From positions 372,001 to 436,000 of the forward strand of contig CM074805.1 in NCBI GenBank assembly GCA_037447605.1: DNA of 64,000 nucleotides. The letters are read 5' to 3'. Within the stretch, counting starts at the first letter, position 1. Every line of letters begins with the position of its first letter. Source of the DNA: Zygnema circumcarinatum SAG 698-1b (Eukaryota > Plantae > Zygnematophyceae). The notes under the pieces are model-generated. The model was not told where the DNA came from. It did not search any database and worked only from the letters and a program-made list of their open reading frames with translations. Shown here one piece after another: positions 63,401 to 64,000 of this stretch. The translations under genes were made by a program, and so were the position numbers.

Positions 63401-64000
63401 GGGAGGGGAAATAAAAACCGAACCAATGAACTCCTAAACTTAGATCACATGCAGAAGGCCTCGGCTACATACCGAAAGAAACAAAAGTATTTTCTCATTA
63501 GGGTTTCAACTGAACCTCCTCTCGAACCCTGTATTTGTCCCATGTGGATTTCGAGAGGGCCTCAGACAAGCAAAAGGGTCGCGAGTAGCAGTGTAGTAAA
63601 GCAAAGAGTTACGGTAAGGGACAAGGGCCTTCTATTACACCATGGATAGCTTTGCAAGAGCTCGGAATGTTGCTTACGCGTTTGGACACGGCAACGAGAC
63701 AAAGATTATTTGTGATTTTCCTCGCTCTCTCATCCTAGAGTGGGGGTGAGGGAGAAGAAAGTTAGTTTCTGATAGGGGGGAATGTAAAGGTACCAGGAAA
63801 GGCGGGCCTAAGCAAAAAAAGGGATCGGTTTGAGGAAATTTATGGAATCACAAAAAGAGACTACGACAAATCGGGGGAGGAAAGTAGAAATAGTGAGAGG
63901 GATGAAGAGGCAGAGGAAGGGGGATAAAGATAATGGACAAGGAATATTTAATACATCCTATGGTGGCAAGAGGAGCTAGGGAAAAAGTAAAAGGCACGAA

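Overview
Eukaryotic, intron-rich nuclear DNA from a green-plant-lineage organism. I infer a streptophyte alga from plant-type FAD7, PUX1, MDAR and a CDPK-family kinase, telo-boxes, and a gene family not typical of angiosperms. About 12 protein-coding genes can be reconstructed by hand-splicing: the 3' part of DUR3, cytosolic AlaRS, RPS26, MDAR, a secreted PqaA/AprA-family hydrolase, a small tail-anchored protein with a GT-1-C-terminal-like domain, PUX1, a CDPK-type kinase without EF hands, a ULP1/ESD4 SUMO protease, a secreted 20-Cys VWC-like protein, ALG8 and plastid FAD7/8. There is also an unresolved transcribed-looking region at the right end. Most ORFs in the supplied track are artefacts of long GA/CT intronic tracts. 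The most notable non-obvious signals are: (1) a U12-type minor intron in PUX1; (2) nine exact copies of the composite motif ACGTGGC-N8-ATTGG (ERSE-like CCAAT-N9-CCACG) near most promoters; (3) dense GTAC (SBP/CuRE-core) clusters, one carried inside a Tc1/mariner-type MITE; (4) a ~105-bp structured element shared by two promoters; (5) an AprA-like secreted protein and a VWC-like secreted protein, both candidates for extracellular signalling. Family assignments come from recalled motifs, not database searches, and exon coordinates may be off by a few bases.
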